Of a stretch of 64,000 nucleotides of DNA, positions 1-8,839 are shown piece by piece. Under the pieces are notes generated by a model, which was given only the letters and a program-made list of their open reading frames with translations, did no database searches and was not told the origin of the DNA. The DNA lies in IMG/VR virus record IMGVR_UViG_3300042195_000059, positions 1 to 64,000 of that record, one strand, 5' to 3'. Source of the stretch: a virus. Made by a program: the position numbers and the translations under genes. Numbering within the stretch: position 1 is the first letter of the stretch; every line of letters starts with the position of its first letter.

Positions 1-400
1 CAGTCGGATTGCCGCCGCTTTCCGCCATGATGATGTTATCGACAACGCTTCCGCCTTGCGGACGTGCAGCCGCGCCGGTCCCCGCCTCGATCTCTGGTCT
101 TGCGGGCTGGCTCGAACGCCACGGCGCTGCGGAGCTTGTCTGCGGCGCTGGCGATCCGCCGATACCCAGAACCTCACTGAGCAGCTTGTTCGCTTCGCCG
201 CGCTCCTTCTTGCCCTCTTCACGCATGCCGCGCATATGGTAGCCGCCGACGAGCGCCTTCGCCAGCCGTCCAGCGCCTTCCGTCCAGTGTCCGACCGGAC
301 CGCCCTGCATGCCCTGCTGGAGCATCCCATAGGCCATTCTCTGCCGGGCTTGGTCCTCGGCGGACGTGCCCGGATCGATCAGAAAACTTTGCTGGACCAT
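1..400 (-). CDS. Internal virion protein with lytic transglycosylase (SLT)-like motif, 5' part only (runs off left edge)
   Basis: Not in the ORF track because there is no stop in the window. ATG 400-398 directly follows the upstream stop (TAA 403-401). My translation MVQQSFLIDPGTSAEDQ...GGSVVDNIIMAESGGNPT stays open to position 2. AESGGNP resembles the catalytic Glu-Ser region of SLT domains. Confidence 0.5.
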   Translation of the reverse strand, partial: MVQQSFLIDPGTSAEDQARQRMAYGMLQQGMQGGPVGHWTEGAGRLAKALVGGYHMRGMREEGKKERGEANKLLSEVLGIGGSPAPQTSSAAPWRSSQPARPEIEAGTGAAARPQGGSVVDNIIMAESGGNPT

Positions 401-1342
401 TTATTGCACCGCCAAATCATAGTTCACTGCTTTGAAACCGCCGATTTCACGCACTGCTTCAGGATTGATGCGCTCGACCTCATCGGCCATCAGACCAAGC
501 TGCGGCGCATCTGATCCCTTCATGCGGTAGGCATAGACGTTGAGGCCATTGTCAAGCTTGCCGACCGGCCTGATATGCTTCTTCAGCCGCCTGTCGGACA
601 TGGCCCAGCCGCCAGCCGCCGCGCTGGCAATATCGAAGATGCCACCCATCTTGGCGTTGTGAGAAGCGAGCTGATTCTGGTAGTTCTGGTTTACGAGACC
701 GGCATAGTCCACGCCCGAAACCTGCGATTGCGGCGTGTTCGTATATCCGGGTTGCTGAACCTGCGATCCCGACAGCATCGCCATCATCTCGTTCAATGGC
801 TGGTTGCGCTCCGTAAGCGCCTGGTTCGCGGTCGTCCCGTATGCACTCAGATAATTCTGGTCATAGGCCGACTGCCGGTTCTGCGAATGCTCCTGCATCG
901 CGCGGGTGTAGGCTTCCGTTCCCGGATTGACACCCTGATTGGTGAGCTGCGTTTCAAGCGCTGCTTGCTGGCGGTCCCACTGCGGGTTCAAGAAAGTGTC
1001 TTGAATATCCGTCAGTTTCTTGGCCTGCGATGCTTCAAAGTTGAACGGTTGGCCCATCGTGCCGGCAACGTTATCAGCTTGCGTATTGCCGATCCCGCCG
1101 AGCTTGCCAGACAGTGACATATACTGATCGTAAAGCGCCTGATTCTCCGGCGAAAGCGTTTGCGTCGCTGTGTATTGCGGCGTCCCAGATGCGCTCGTTC
1201 CGGTTTGCTCATAGCTTAATGAGCCATAGGGCGTGTTCTGGTTCACCATATTCAACTCTTGCTGAGTTGTTGCGGTGGCTTTATTCATTTGGGTTTGCGC
1301 GGCGGCTGTGGCTTCTGGCGATGGGGCCTTGGGTGTCTTCAT
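401..1342 (-). CDS. Tail fibre/spike-like protein with C-terminal Peptidase_S74 intramolecular chaperone domain
   Basis: The C-terminus SDRRLKKHIRPVGKLDNGLNVYAYRMKG...MADEVERINPEAV fits the SDxRxK-type auto-cleaving chaperone domain of phage fibres. The N-terminus is Q/N/T-rich. Confidence 0.6.
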   Translation of the reverse strand: MKTPKAPSPEATAAAQTQMNKATATTQQELNMVNQNTPYGSLSYEQTGTSASGTPQYTATQTLSPENQALYDQYMSLSGKLGGIGNTQADNVAGTMGQPFNFEASQAKKLTDIQDTFLNPQWDRQQAALETQLTNQGVNPGTEAYTRAMQEHSQNRQSAYDQNYLSAYGTTANQALTERNQPLNEMMAMLSGSQVQQPGYTNTPQSQVSGVDYAGLVNQNYQNQLASHNAKMGGIFDIASAAAGGWAMSDRRLKKHIRPVGKLDNGLNVYAYRMKGSDAPQLGLMADEVERINPEAVREIGGFKAVNYDLAVQ

Positions 1343-1413
1343 CTTCGTTGTTTAATTCCTATTGCGCATACTTCGCAAATCAGGTAATCCCCTTCCTAGA
1401 AGGGAGAACTTAC

Positions 1414-2277
1414 ATGACAGACGAAGAAAGATTTTGGGCAAAAGTAGCAAAAGCTGGTCCAGATGATTGCTGGCCGTGGACGGGGCATACTCATCCGAGA
1501 GGATACGGAATTTTCTGGCTTGACGGCAAAAATGTCAGAGCGAACCGATACGCCTTGGAGCAAGTTGAAGGGCCGCCGCCGTTCGAAGGCGCGATGTCCC
1601 TTCACTCTTGCGATAATCCTCCATGCTGCAATCCAGGACACCTTCGCTGGGGAACGGGAGCGCAAAACTATAACGATATAGTCTTACGGCGAGGACCGAT
1701 CAGGGGCGAAGCTTCAGCAAGCGCCACTGTCACCAATGAGATCGTTGCAACGATCTATAAAATGCGCCTTGACGGATACATCATCACGGAGATTGCCGCA
1801 GAGCTAGGCATTCCAGAGACGACGGTCGAAAACATCTATGTGGGCAAGGCGTGGCCGCATCTTCTTGGCGTTGACGGAAACCCGACCCTCGAAGAACTCA
1901 AGGCGAAGAGGAAGCGCAAAAACCCTAAGCGCGCTCACAATCTGGTTGTCACTGACGACATTGCCGACGACATTCTTCGTTCCCGCATGGCTGGCGAATC
2001 CATCTCCGCTATCGCGACGCGCCTTGACCTGCCGCGCGGCACCATATCTCCAGTCTACTGCGGCCTCTCGTGCAAGCACAGACTTGGCGTGGATGGCAAT
2101 CCAACATTCGACGAGCTACGAACGGTTCAGGCTCCCAATCCAAAATACAAGCTAACAGAAGACGACATTATCGAAATCAGATCCCATCTAGGCAATGGTG
2201 TGGTTGGCGCTGATCTGGCGCGCCGATATGGTGTTAGTCGTGCCACTATTGCGAACATCAAGAGCGGGAAGAGGTAA
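1414..2277 (+). CDS. HNH homing endonuclease (HNH_3/AP2-like) with HTH repeats
   Basis: In-frame ATG 1414 is preceded by AGGGAGA (1401-1407). Motifs CWPWTG, GYG and HSCDNPPCCNPGHLRWGT..QN are present, followed by repeated HTH-like segments (LGVDGNPT twice). Opposite strand to all neighbours. Confidence 0.75.
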   Translation: MTDEERFWAKVAKAGPDDCWPWTGHTHPRGYGIFWLDGKNVRANRYALEQVEGPPPFEGAMSLHSCDNPPCCNPGHLRWGTGAQNYNDIVLRRGPIRGEASASATVTNEIVATIYKMRLDGYIITEIAAELGIPETTVENIYVGKAWPHLLGVDGNPTLEELKAKRKRKNPKRAHNLVVTDDIADDILRSRMAGESISAIATRLDLPRGTISPVYCGLSCKHRLGVDGNPTFDELRTVQAPNPKYKLTEDDIIEIRSHLGNGVVGADLARRYGVSRATIANIKSGKR

Positions 2278-2682
2278 CCACTTCCTAGCTTGATCGGGAA
2301 ACAGGGCGTAGACGAAAGCATCGTCCCGCTTGAGGGGGCCGTAATAACGGCGCTGAACGCATTCGAACTTGAAGCCGAGCCGCGTGATCAGGTCACGCAT
2401 GGTCTTGTTGTCGCGCCGGGTTGATGCGGTTACTCTGATGCAACCGAGATCGACGAACAGATGTGCGTAGCAAGCGCGGATGGTGCGGCGCGTCATCGCG
2501 CCCGGCGCATAGATCGTCAGATCGGCGTTGAAGCCGTTATAGCCTCCGACAACCCAGCCGCCGACAAGTTCTCCGGCATCGTTCAATATGCCGATTGCCC
2601 CGAATGGAGGAACGATTTCCTGCCCGAGGCATGACCCGATCCATCTTCCGACTTCGGCGTCACACCCGACCAGTAACCGCAT
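2188..2682 (-). CDS. GNAT-like acetyltransferase (tentative)
   Basis: 164 aa. C-terminal ..NKTMRDLITRLGFKFEC.. resembles the GNAT acetyl-CoA region. The start overlaps the upstream stop as TGATG. The 3' end overlaps the convergent HNH gene by 90 nt. Confidence 0.4.
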   Translation of the reverse strand: MRLLVGCDAEVGRWIGSCLGQEIVPPFGAIGILNDAGELVGGWVVGGYNGFNADLTIYAPGAMTRRTIRACYAHLFVDLGCIRVTASTRRDNKTMRDLITRLGFKFECVQRRYYGPLKRDDAFVYALFPDQARKWLPLPALDVRNSGTTNTISARQISANHTIA

Positions 2683-4265
2683 CAGATAAAGGCTCCGGAC
2701 TCCATCAAGACATCAAAACCATTCACGCGCAGTGTCGGGGCCAGATCCGCGCCGCCAACTGAAAGCACGCTGACTTTGCCCCGGATCGAGGCGCAATACC
2801 CTATGCCCGCAACGGTCGTCCAGTCCGCTATCGTCCGTTCCTCTTCCGGCCATACGTCTACGTCCCATACGGCTTCATCCCACTGAGCGCCCGGCGTTAT
2901 GCTGCTGTCGGGGACGGATAGCGGGGCGTCGTCGCGAAAGTCCGTATTGAATGCGATGCCAAGCGAGACCTGCCCGTCCGTCGTCAGGATCGGGCGACAC
3001 ATGACCCAGCGTTTCAGGTTGCCGCGCTGCTCGAAATAGTTGAAAGCCGTCTTGAACTCTGCCTCGATAGCCGAACCGTCGTCGGTCCCGCCTGTGTCAG
3101 CCTCGTAGACAATCCCGGCATTGCCGCCAAAGAACAGCCTGTCCTTGAACACCTCCCAGCAATTAGCCTCCTGGCCGAGGAACCGGCACCACGCGCCAGT
3201 CACGGTGTTCATGACATATTGCTGCTGCGATGCGTTAGCGGCGGCCGGAACGTTCAATATGGCGCGTGTTCCACGTGGATAGCTGATGAGCTGCCAGCCG
3301 AAATTGTCCGCCCAGTTGCGCGCCGCCTGGTTCATGGTGGGCTGAATATTTGCCGTCAGGGAGACGCTGATCGCCGCGCCGCGCTCGATGACCAGAGCGC
3401 GGCTGATCGGCAGGACGCCGTCGATCGATATGATGACGAGATCCGCGCCAACCCGCGTAAAACACCGCATCCCGATCGGTGGCCCGATCTGGAATACGCC
3501 TTTCAGTTGCCATGTCGCAGCGCTGTCCGGATCGATGCCGGAATAAATCGCCACTTGCCCCTTGGAGGAAACGAACGCTGCATAGTCCTCCGGCCCGTCG
3601 CCGCCGTCGATCGACCATGTTCCCATCGCAACGAGATAGCCGCCCAGCGAGAACAGCTTGCCAAGATCGAAGGTTGTTGCATCCCCCTGAATGGAGTTTG
3701 TCGGAAGGTATGCGGCCTTTGTCGAATCTGCGAGAACGAACCACAGGCGGTTTTTATGCACGTTGATGTTGACGATTTCGGAACTTGTGATGCCGGTGAT
3801 CGTCGGCGTTGCCCAGCTCGTGCCGTTGTAATATCTTGGCGCATCGGCTCCATTGCACACCCAGAGGAACTTGCCGCCGGTCGTGGTGAAGTTCACATGC
3901 TGGAAGCGGGCATTCGTCAGGGACGTGACATCAGCCGATGGCGTGTCCGTCGTCACATCATAGATCGTATCGTTCGCGGCGGCAAACAATGCATCGCCAG
4001 CGGCGGTATCGCCATGATACGCCATGAGGCTTTCAACAGGCGTCGTCTCGGTCGTGTCGCTGTGCTCGATGAACCCGTTACGGGTTTCGATATAGCCCGG
4101 CTGGGGAAACCAGTTGTCGATCTGGATCGCACGATCCGGGGCCATGTTTGCAAGAGGCGATATTGAATCCCAGCCCCCGGTCGGAGGCGGGACCGATGCA
4201 CCGCGCGCGACAACACCGCCGCCGCCGGTTCGCCGCTTGCGTTGAAGAACTGCCGTCAGTCGCAT
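2682..4265 (-). CDS. Virion structural protein (tail module), 527 aa
   Basis: Start moved to internal ATG 4265-4263 (MRLTAVLQRK..), which overlaps the upstream stop as TGATG. The first 63 tracked codons lie inside the upstream gene. Confidence 0.5.
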   Translation of the reverse strand: MRLTAVLQRKRRTGGGGVVARGASVPPPTGGWDSISPLANMAPDRAIQIDNWFPQPGYIETRNGFIEHSDTTETTPVESLMAYHGDTAAGDALFAAANDTIYDVTTDTPSADVTSLTNARFQHVNFTTTGGKFLWVCNGADAPRYYNGTSWATPTITGITSSEIVNINVHKNRLWFVLADSTKAAYLPTNSIQGDATTFDLGKLFSLGGYLVAMGTWSIDGGDGPEDYAAFVSSKGQVAIYSGIDPDSAATWQLKGVFQIGPPIGMRCFTRVGADLVIISIDGVLPISRALVIERGAAISVSLTANIQPTMNQAARNWADNFGWQLISYPRGTRAILNVPAAANASQQQYVMNTVTGAWCRFLGQEANCWEVFKDRLFFGGNAGIVYEADTGGTDDGSAIEAEFKTAFNYFEQRGNLKRWVMCRPILTTDGQVSLGIAFNTDFRDDAPLSVPDSSITPGAQWDEAVWDVDVWPEEERTIADWTTVAGIGYCASIRGKVSVLSVGGADLAPTLRVNGFDVLMESGAFI

Positions 4266-5200
4266 CAGCTTGATGGCCCGGGGAAGTTGCCGTCCTGAAT
4301 GTGGCCGGTGCTGATCAGGAACGAACGGGACTGCTTGCGGGACAGGGAAAGCGTCTTCTGGCCGCCGTCTCTGGCTTTCTCGCGGTTTACCCAATCGATA
4401 TATTCCGCTTGAATATCGGCATAGGCGAAGCCCTTGATCTGCCAGAAGCGCCACTTGATGCCAAGCTGAAGCAGTCCGTCAGGGAAGACAACCTCGTCAT
4501 CGTTCGCCGTCAGCTTGTTGGCAAATGTGCCATCAGCTTTCGAAACCCAGCCGTTCGAGATATATTCCCAGACAAGGGTGCCGGGATAATCTCCTGACGC
4601 CACGGGCGGCGGCCAGATCCGGAACGCGGTCGGCCGTCTGCCGACCTGCCGCCATTTACGCCGGGGGCCGAACGGAACGATGCCGGAGCGTTGCCACTGA
4701 TCGACCTGCGGGGATTGCGGACCGACAAGCTCCCATTGAAAACGCCGATCCCAGTGGGTCTGATCGATATAACGATCAAAGTCTGTCGGGATGTCGAACG
4801 TGTCTTTGGTGAAGGTGAGATCCACCGCCGTGCCGGTTTCGTCCACCTCCTGCGTCAACGTCACCTGTGTCGAACTATCGACAGAAGCGATCCGGGTGGC
4901 TTCCTGAATGCCTTCACCCGACACCGCATAGGCTGTTGACAGCCCGGTGGTATCCGAAATCCCCGTCACGACGCGAGAGCCTGCCGTGGTATTGCCGGCA
5001 AGTTCAGTCGGCCCCCCGAACTCGATTACATATTCGGTTTGCAGACCTGTCCAGTCAACGGCTTTCATCAGTTCGTTGCCGTCGCGATTTGCGAGAGCGA
5101 CAAGCTGACGGGTTTGCAATTCCGTTGCCGTGACGGCAGAGGGGCGGACGAGACCAAGCTCGTCCGCGACCTCTTGAAGGATTTCGATGAATGTGGGCAT
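4265..5200 (-). CDS. Virion structural protein (tail module)
   Basis: 311-aa ORF in the late operon, tightly packed with its neighbours. No recognisable catalytic motif. Confidence 0.5.
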   Translation of the reverse strand: MPTFIEILQEVADELGLVRPSAVTATELQTRQLVALANRDGNELMKAVDWTGLQTEYVIEFGGPTELAGNTTAGSRVVTGISDTTGLSTAYAVSGEGIQEATRIASVDSSTQVTLTQEVDETGTAVDLTFTKDTFDIPTDFDRYIDQTHWDRRFQWELVGPQSPQVDQWQRSGIVPFGPRRKWRQVGRRPTAFRIWPPPVASGDYPGTLVWEYISNGWVSKADGTFANKLTANDDEVVFPDGLLQLGIKWRFWQIKGFAYADIQAEYIDWVNREKARDGGQKTLSLSRKQSRSFLISTGHIQDGNFPGPSS

Positions 5201-5201
5201 A

Positions 5202-5591
5202 TTAGCCGACAGTCCGCCAATTGGTAGCAGTCATCTTACGAAGGCGGATACCAGAATTTGCACTGGACCCAGCCGCAGTGATATCCAAATGCGCGTTTGC
5301 CGTCCCATTGTTGATCGTTCCGCCACTTTGTGGGAACACGCGTACAGCGTTTGAGCCGTCGAGATTGTAAACCTCGATCTCATCACCCAAGCCAGCGGCG
5401 CTAGGAAGCGTGACGGCCCCATTCGAACCCGCCGGAGTAGCCAGAACCGCTTTATTGCCGTCGCCCTTGAGAAGGCCGCCCGCGCTTCCCTGTGTGGCAG
5501 CGGTCGTCGTAACGCTGACGATAGTTACGCCAGTGCGCTTCGCCACCTCGTCCGGCACTCCAACTCCCATCAATCCACTTGCTGTCGCCAT
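5202..5591 (-). CDS. Small virion-module protein
   Basis: 129-aa G/A/T-rich ORF. The stop lies 1 nt before the next start. Confidence 0.4.
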   Translation of the reverse strand: MATASGLMGVGVPDEVAKRTGVTIVSVTTTAATQGSAGGLLKGDGNKAVLATPAGSNGAVTLPSAAGLGDEIEVYNLDGSNAVRVFPQSGGTINNGTANAHLDITAAGSSANSGIRLRKMTATNWRTVG

Positions 5592-5595
5592 AATA

Positions 5596-6219
5596 TCAAG
5601 TCTCCTCTTGCGCGCCGCGTCGGCCGCGTTTTGGTTTGTCGCTGTCCAACTCGTTTACGCGCTGCTCAAGCTTCGATACGATATCGCTCAGCTTGGCGAT
5701 TTCATTGTCCTTGGCGTCGAGCTTCGACTGAAACTCGTGGTAGTCCTTGCCTTTTTCGGCTGAATCCAGATAGCCTTGCGCCATCACCTGCCATTGCGAT
5801 GCGCCAAGTCCGAGGTTCTGCAATTGCCCAGTGCCCAGCGTCGCCAGTTGCTCGATGGTCAGCACATGCATGAACTCCAGCGTCTTGACAGCGCCGGGAT
5901 TGTGCGGGAACAGGACAGACAGCGGCGTGCCGTCGATCTTCTGCTGCTGCTTGGCTTCGAACGCCGCCCATTGCTGGGGAAAGCGTTGCTTGTCATCCGG
6001 ACGGACGCGGCGATCGCGCGTATCCTTCTCACCGGGTTGAATGATCGAGATATACGGGACCGATTCATAAATCGGGCGTCCCGCTTCCTGTGAGGCGGCC
6101 TTGCGCTGTTCCGGAAACATGTAGAATCTGGCCATCGCACGGTCCTGGAACTGAACGCGCTGGCCATTCTGGAATGACTTGTCGAAAGTCATCGGCAGGT
6201 TGGGGATTTCGGCTTCCAT
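5596..6219 (-). CDS. Hypothetical virion-module protein with C-terminal coiled coil
   Basis: 207-aa ORF in the late operon. C-terminus ..NEIAKLSDIVSKLEQRVNELD.. is heptad-like. Confidence 0.4.
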   Translation of the reverse strand: MEAEIPNLPMTFDKSFQNGQRVQFQDRAMARFYMFPEQRKAASQEAGRPIYESVPYISIIQPGEKDTRDRRVRPDDKQRFPQQWAAFEAKQQQKIDGTPLSVLFPHNPGAVKTLEFMHVLTIEQLATLGTGQLQNLGLGASQWQVMAQGYLDSAEKGKDYHEFQSKLDAKDNEIAKLSDIVSKLEQRVNELDSDKPKRGRRGAQEET

Positions 6220-6246
6220 GATATTACCTTTTTGATCAGGCTGGGG

Positions 6247-7794
6247 TTAATTCCAGAACTCGGCCACCCACGGCAGGCGAGCCTGAACGTCCGCGTCACG
6301 CGGATTGAATTTGCCGTGGAAATTGATGATGCGAGCATGCGCGGGCAGTTTGGTGCTACTGGGATGTGCAGCTTCGAGCGTGTCCGCTTTCAGAATGTCA
6401 CGCTTGAACGACAAAACGCCATCAGCGGGCGTCCACACGGGCTGTGACGGCAGAACTTCGCTGATCCATGCCTGATCATAGCCGCTGAATTTGCCCGACG
6501 TGCGTAGCGCCAGCGCCTTCTCGGCATCAAACGTGTCGAGTACGTGCGGGAATGCTCCGGCGTTCATCTGGAAGACGGATGTGCAATACTGTCTTGGCCT
6601 GAACGGATCTCGCCAGGCCTTGAACGGCGCGTCATGATCGAATAGCGGATCAAGCTTGTTGCAGATCACAACATCCAAGTCAGTGCAGGCAAAACGAGGG
6701 CCGATGATGTCAGCCATTTCCGGCGCGAACAGTTTCAGGCGGTGCCAGTCCCGGCCATGCTCGAAATGATCGCGCCACATCGGCACGATGCGGATACTGC
6801 CGTCGATGCCTTCTGGATCGTCCGTGACGCAAACGAGTTCGCATGGCATGTCCAGCCAGCGGTCAACCATCCGCGCCCAGATATTCACGTCATTGGCATC
6901 ATAGGCGATGTGTCCCTTCCACTTGAAGGTCACGACGCGAAGCTTATCAACCGCTCTCGCAGTCGATGGTTTTGGCGGTGTAGAAACAGTCTTTTCAGCT
7001 TCCGGCGGCGTCTCCAACCGCGCCTTGATCATTGCAGGAAGCAGCCCGTCGCCGAATATCTCGATGTCGATCCCAAAGCCGCGGAACAATTCATAGCGGC
7101 CAAAAAACGTTTCCGCGTGATGCGCCATTGTCGGCGTGGCGATGTACTTGAGACCCCTGAACCGGAATTCCCGGACTTCCTCGTCAAGGTTCTGCTTCTG
7201 GGTGAAAGCGTGCTTGTCGTCGCCGCGCATCGAGCCGTCATAGCCGAACAGATGCCATATGCGATAACCCTTCGCGAGGATTGGACCGAGGCATGATTGG
7301 CCGACATTGTAGGCACCGCCGAAGATCGTGGCGCGCGGTGCCTGCTCGCGGATTGCCGCGGCCGCTCCTTCGTAATTATCGACCTGCCAGATCTCGACCT
7401 TGCGCCCCTCAAGGGCTTCGAAGATTTCCGGCTGACACTGAGAGCCGACGACATAGGTGGTATGGTCGTTCGCCTTGTCGAGAAACGACAGGTTTCCGGT
7501 TCGCGCATCGATCTGGAAATAGTAGTCCGGCACGATGCCGTGATCGATCAGGAAATTATGGCTCCCGTTCATCGAGGCAACGGAGAACCCGGCTTCCTGC
7601 CGCGCGCGGATATCGTCGATGTGATCGGCGAGCGACGGCCCGGAGGCGCAAATGCAAATGCTCTTGAATTCGACCTGCGGAAGGGGTCTGCCTGCATTCC
7701 GGCGGATGTTGTCGCACACCAGATCCGACGTTACATTGATGCCGTGAACGAATTTTGCTTCCGCCCACTTTTCTACGCCTTCGACGCTATCCAT
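6247..7794 (-). CDS. Two-domain glycosyltransferase-like protein (DUF115/MptE/Maf-like N-domain plus GT-A-like DxD C-domain)
   Basis: N-domain ICICASGPSL....GIVPDYYFQIDAR fits the DUF115 (motility accessory factor-like) pattern. The C-domain has ..ACTDLDVVICN.., which is DxD-like. Confidence 0.5.
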   Translation of the reverse strand: MDSVEGVEKWAEAKFVHGINVTSDLVCDNIRRNAGRPLPQVEFKSICICASGPSLADHIDDIRARQEAGFSVASMNGSHNFLIDHGIVPDYYFQIDARTGNLSFLDKANDHTTYVVGSQCQPEIFEALEGRKVEIWQVDNYEGAAAAIREQAPRATIFGGAYNVGQSCLGPILAKGYRIWHLFGYDGSMRGDDKHAFTQKQNLDEEVREFRFRGLKYIATPTMAHHAETFFGRYELFRGFGIDIEIFGDGLLPAMIKARLETPPEAEKTVSTPPKPSTARAVDKLRVVTFKWKGHIAYDANDVNIWARMVDRWLDMPCELVCVTDDPEGIDGSIRIVPMWRDHFEHGRDWHRLKLFAPEMADIIGPRFACTDLDVVICNKLDPLFDHDAPFKAWRDPFRPRQYCTSVFQMNAGAFPHVLDTFDAEKALALRTSGKFSGYDQAWISEVLPSQPVWTPADGVLSFKRDILKADTLEAAHPSSTKLPAHARIINFHGKFNPRDADVQARLPWVAEFWN

Positions 7795-8288
7795 ACAGTG
7801 TCCTCAAATAGCTTTTTTTCCGGGAAAAATTCATTGACGGCGGCAACCACGCTGGGGAACTTCCGCAGGTCGTAGTCGTGACCGGTGACGAACCCGCCGG
7901 GCCTGACCTTGGGGGACCATGCGGCGATGTCTTCTGCGCATTCTTCCTGCGAGTGGCCGGCATCGATGAACACGAAGTCGAGCGATGCGTCATCGACCAA
8001 ATCGGCGGCTTCGACGGAGGGTTTTTCGATCAGGCGGATTCTGTCGTCAAACGCCGCAGCCACACGCATGAACGCTGCTTTGTTGCCGTCTTGCTGCTCG
8101 CGGCTCCATTGTGTGCCCATCCACGTCAGATAGCCTTCCGGCCAGTAATCGACTGCTGTAAGGTGCAAGTTCGGAATGGCGCTGAGAAGTCCATTCGTGA
8201 AACGGCCCTCGGCAACGCCGATTTCCGCACCACTTTCCAGGCCATGCTCTTCGCACAGCCTGGAAAGAACTTCCCAGCGCCAGACCAT
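7773..8288 (-). CDS. Class I SAM-dependent methyltransferase
   Basis: AEIGVAEGRF (motif I-like), FVFIDAGHS and GGFVTGHDY resemble Methyltransf_24/O-MT family 3. Confidence 0.65.
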   Translation of the reverse strand: MVWRWEVLSRLCEEHGLESGAEIGVAEGRFTNGLLSAIPNLHLTAVDYWPEGYLTWMGTQWSREQQDGNKAAFMRVAAAFDDRIRLIEKPSVEAADLVDDASLDFVFIDAGHSQEECAEDIAAWSPKVRPGGFVTGHDYDLRKFPSVVAAVNEFFPEKKLFEDTVWIASKA

Positions 8289-8821
8289 TACGCGATAATG
8301 TTGGACGGTCTGTTGTGGACCGTGAACTGCGGATAGGTGGCAATGATCGCTGTTGCTCCACCGCCCGAGGACGCAGACGCCACGGAACGGACGCCATCCA
8401 CCAGAATCGGATCGCCAGTTGATGCAACTGCCGTCAGGACGCCAACGCTCGCAGATGTGTAAAGAGCATCGTTCGGGCCAACGGCGTCCTTGGTGAGAAC
8501 TTGCAGGCCATGACCATGTACGGCGACCCAGCCATACTGATCCGTTGCGAATGCTACTTGTGCGGCACCGAACGAATTCGCCTGCAAGGCAAGGGTGGAC
8601 GTGCAGGCCCGTGCCGTGAAGTCCTCGTCAATGCACACTGCCGCATATTGCGCCAATACACCGGACGATTTCACGAACACATAACGCTGGTCCTGCGTTG
8701 CCCGGACAGCCTGTCCGAGCGCAAACGGAAGTCCGGGGACCTCCGGATTTGTTGTGGTGTTTGGCGCGTCATAAACAGTGTCAAGCTTGACGCCAAGCTC
8801 ACCGGAGACTACGAATGCCAT
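8288..8821 (-). CDS. Putative head decoration / capsid accessory protein
   Basis: 177-aa ORF immediately downstream of the capsid gene. Assignment rests on position only. Confidence 0.35.
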   Translation of the reverse strand: MAFVVSGELGVKLDTVYDAPNTTTNPEVPGLPFALGQAVRATQDQRYVFVKSSGVLAQYAAVCIDEDFTARACTSTLALQANSFGAAQVAFATDQYGWVAVHGHGLQVLTKDAVGPNDALYTSASVGVLTAVASTGDPILVDGVRSVASASSGGGATAIIATYPQFTVHNRPSNIIA

Positions 8822-8839
8822 TGTTTTATCTCCTTTGGC

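Noticed and set aside
3219-4166. 315-aa plus-strand ORF, with several others at 3235-4216
   Set aside because: It is antisense to the 527-aa tail-module gene and has an Arg/Ala/Gly-rich, low-complexity composition typical of GC-driven shadow ORFs. There is no RBS and no operon logic.
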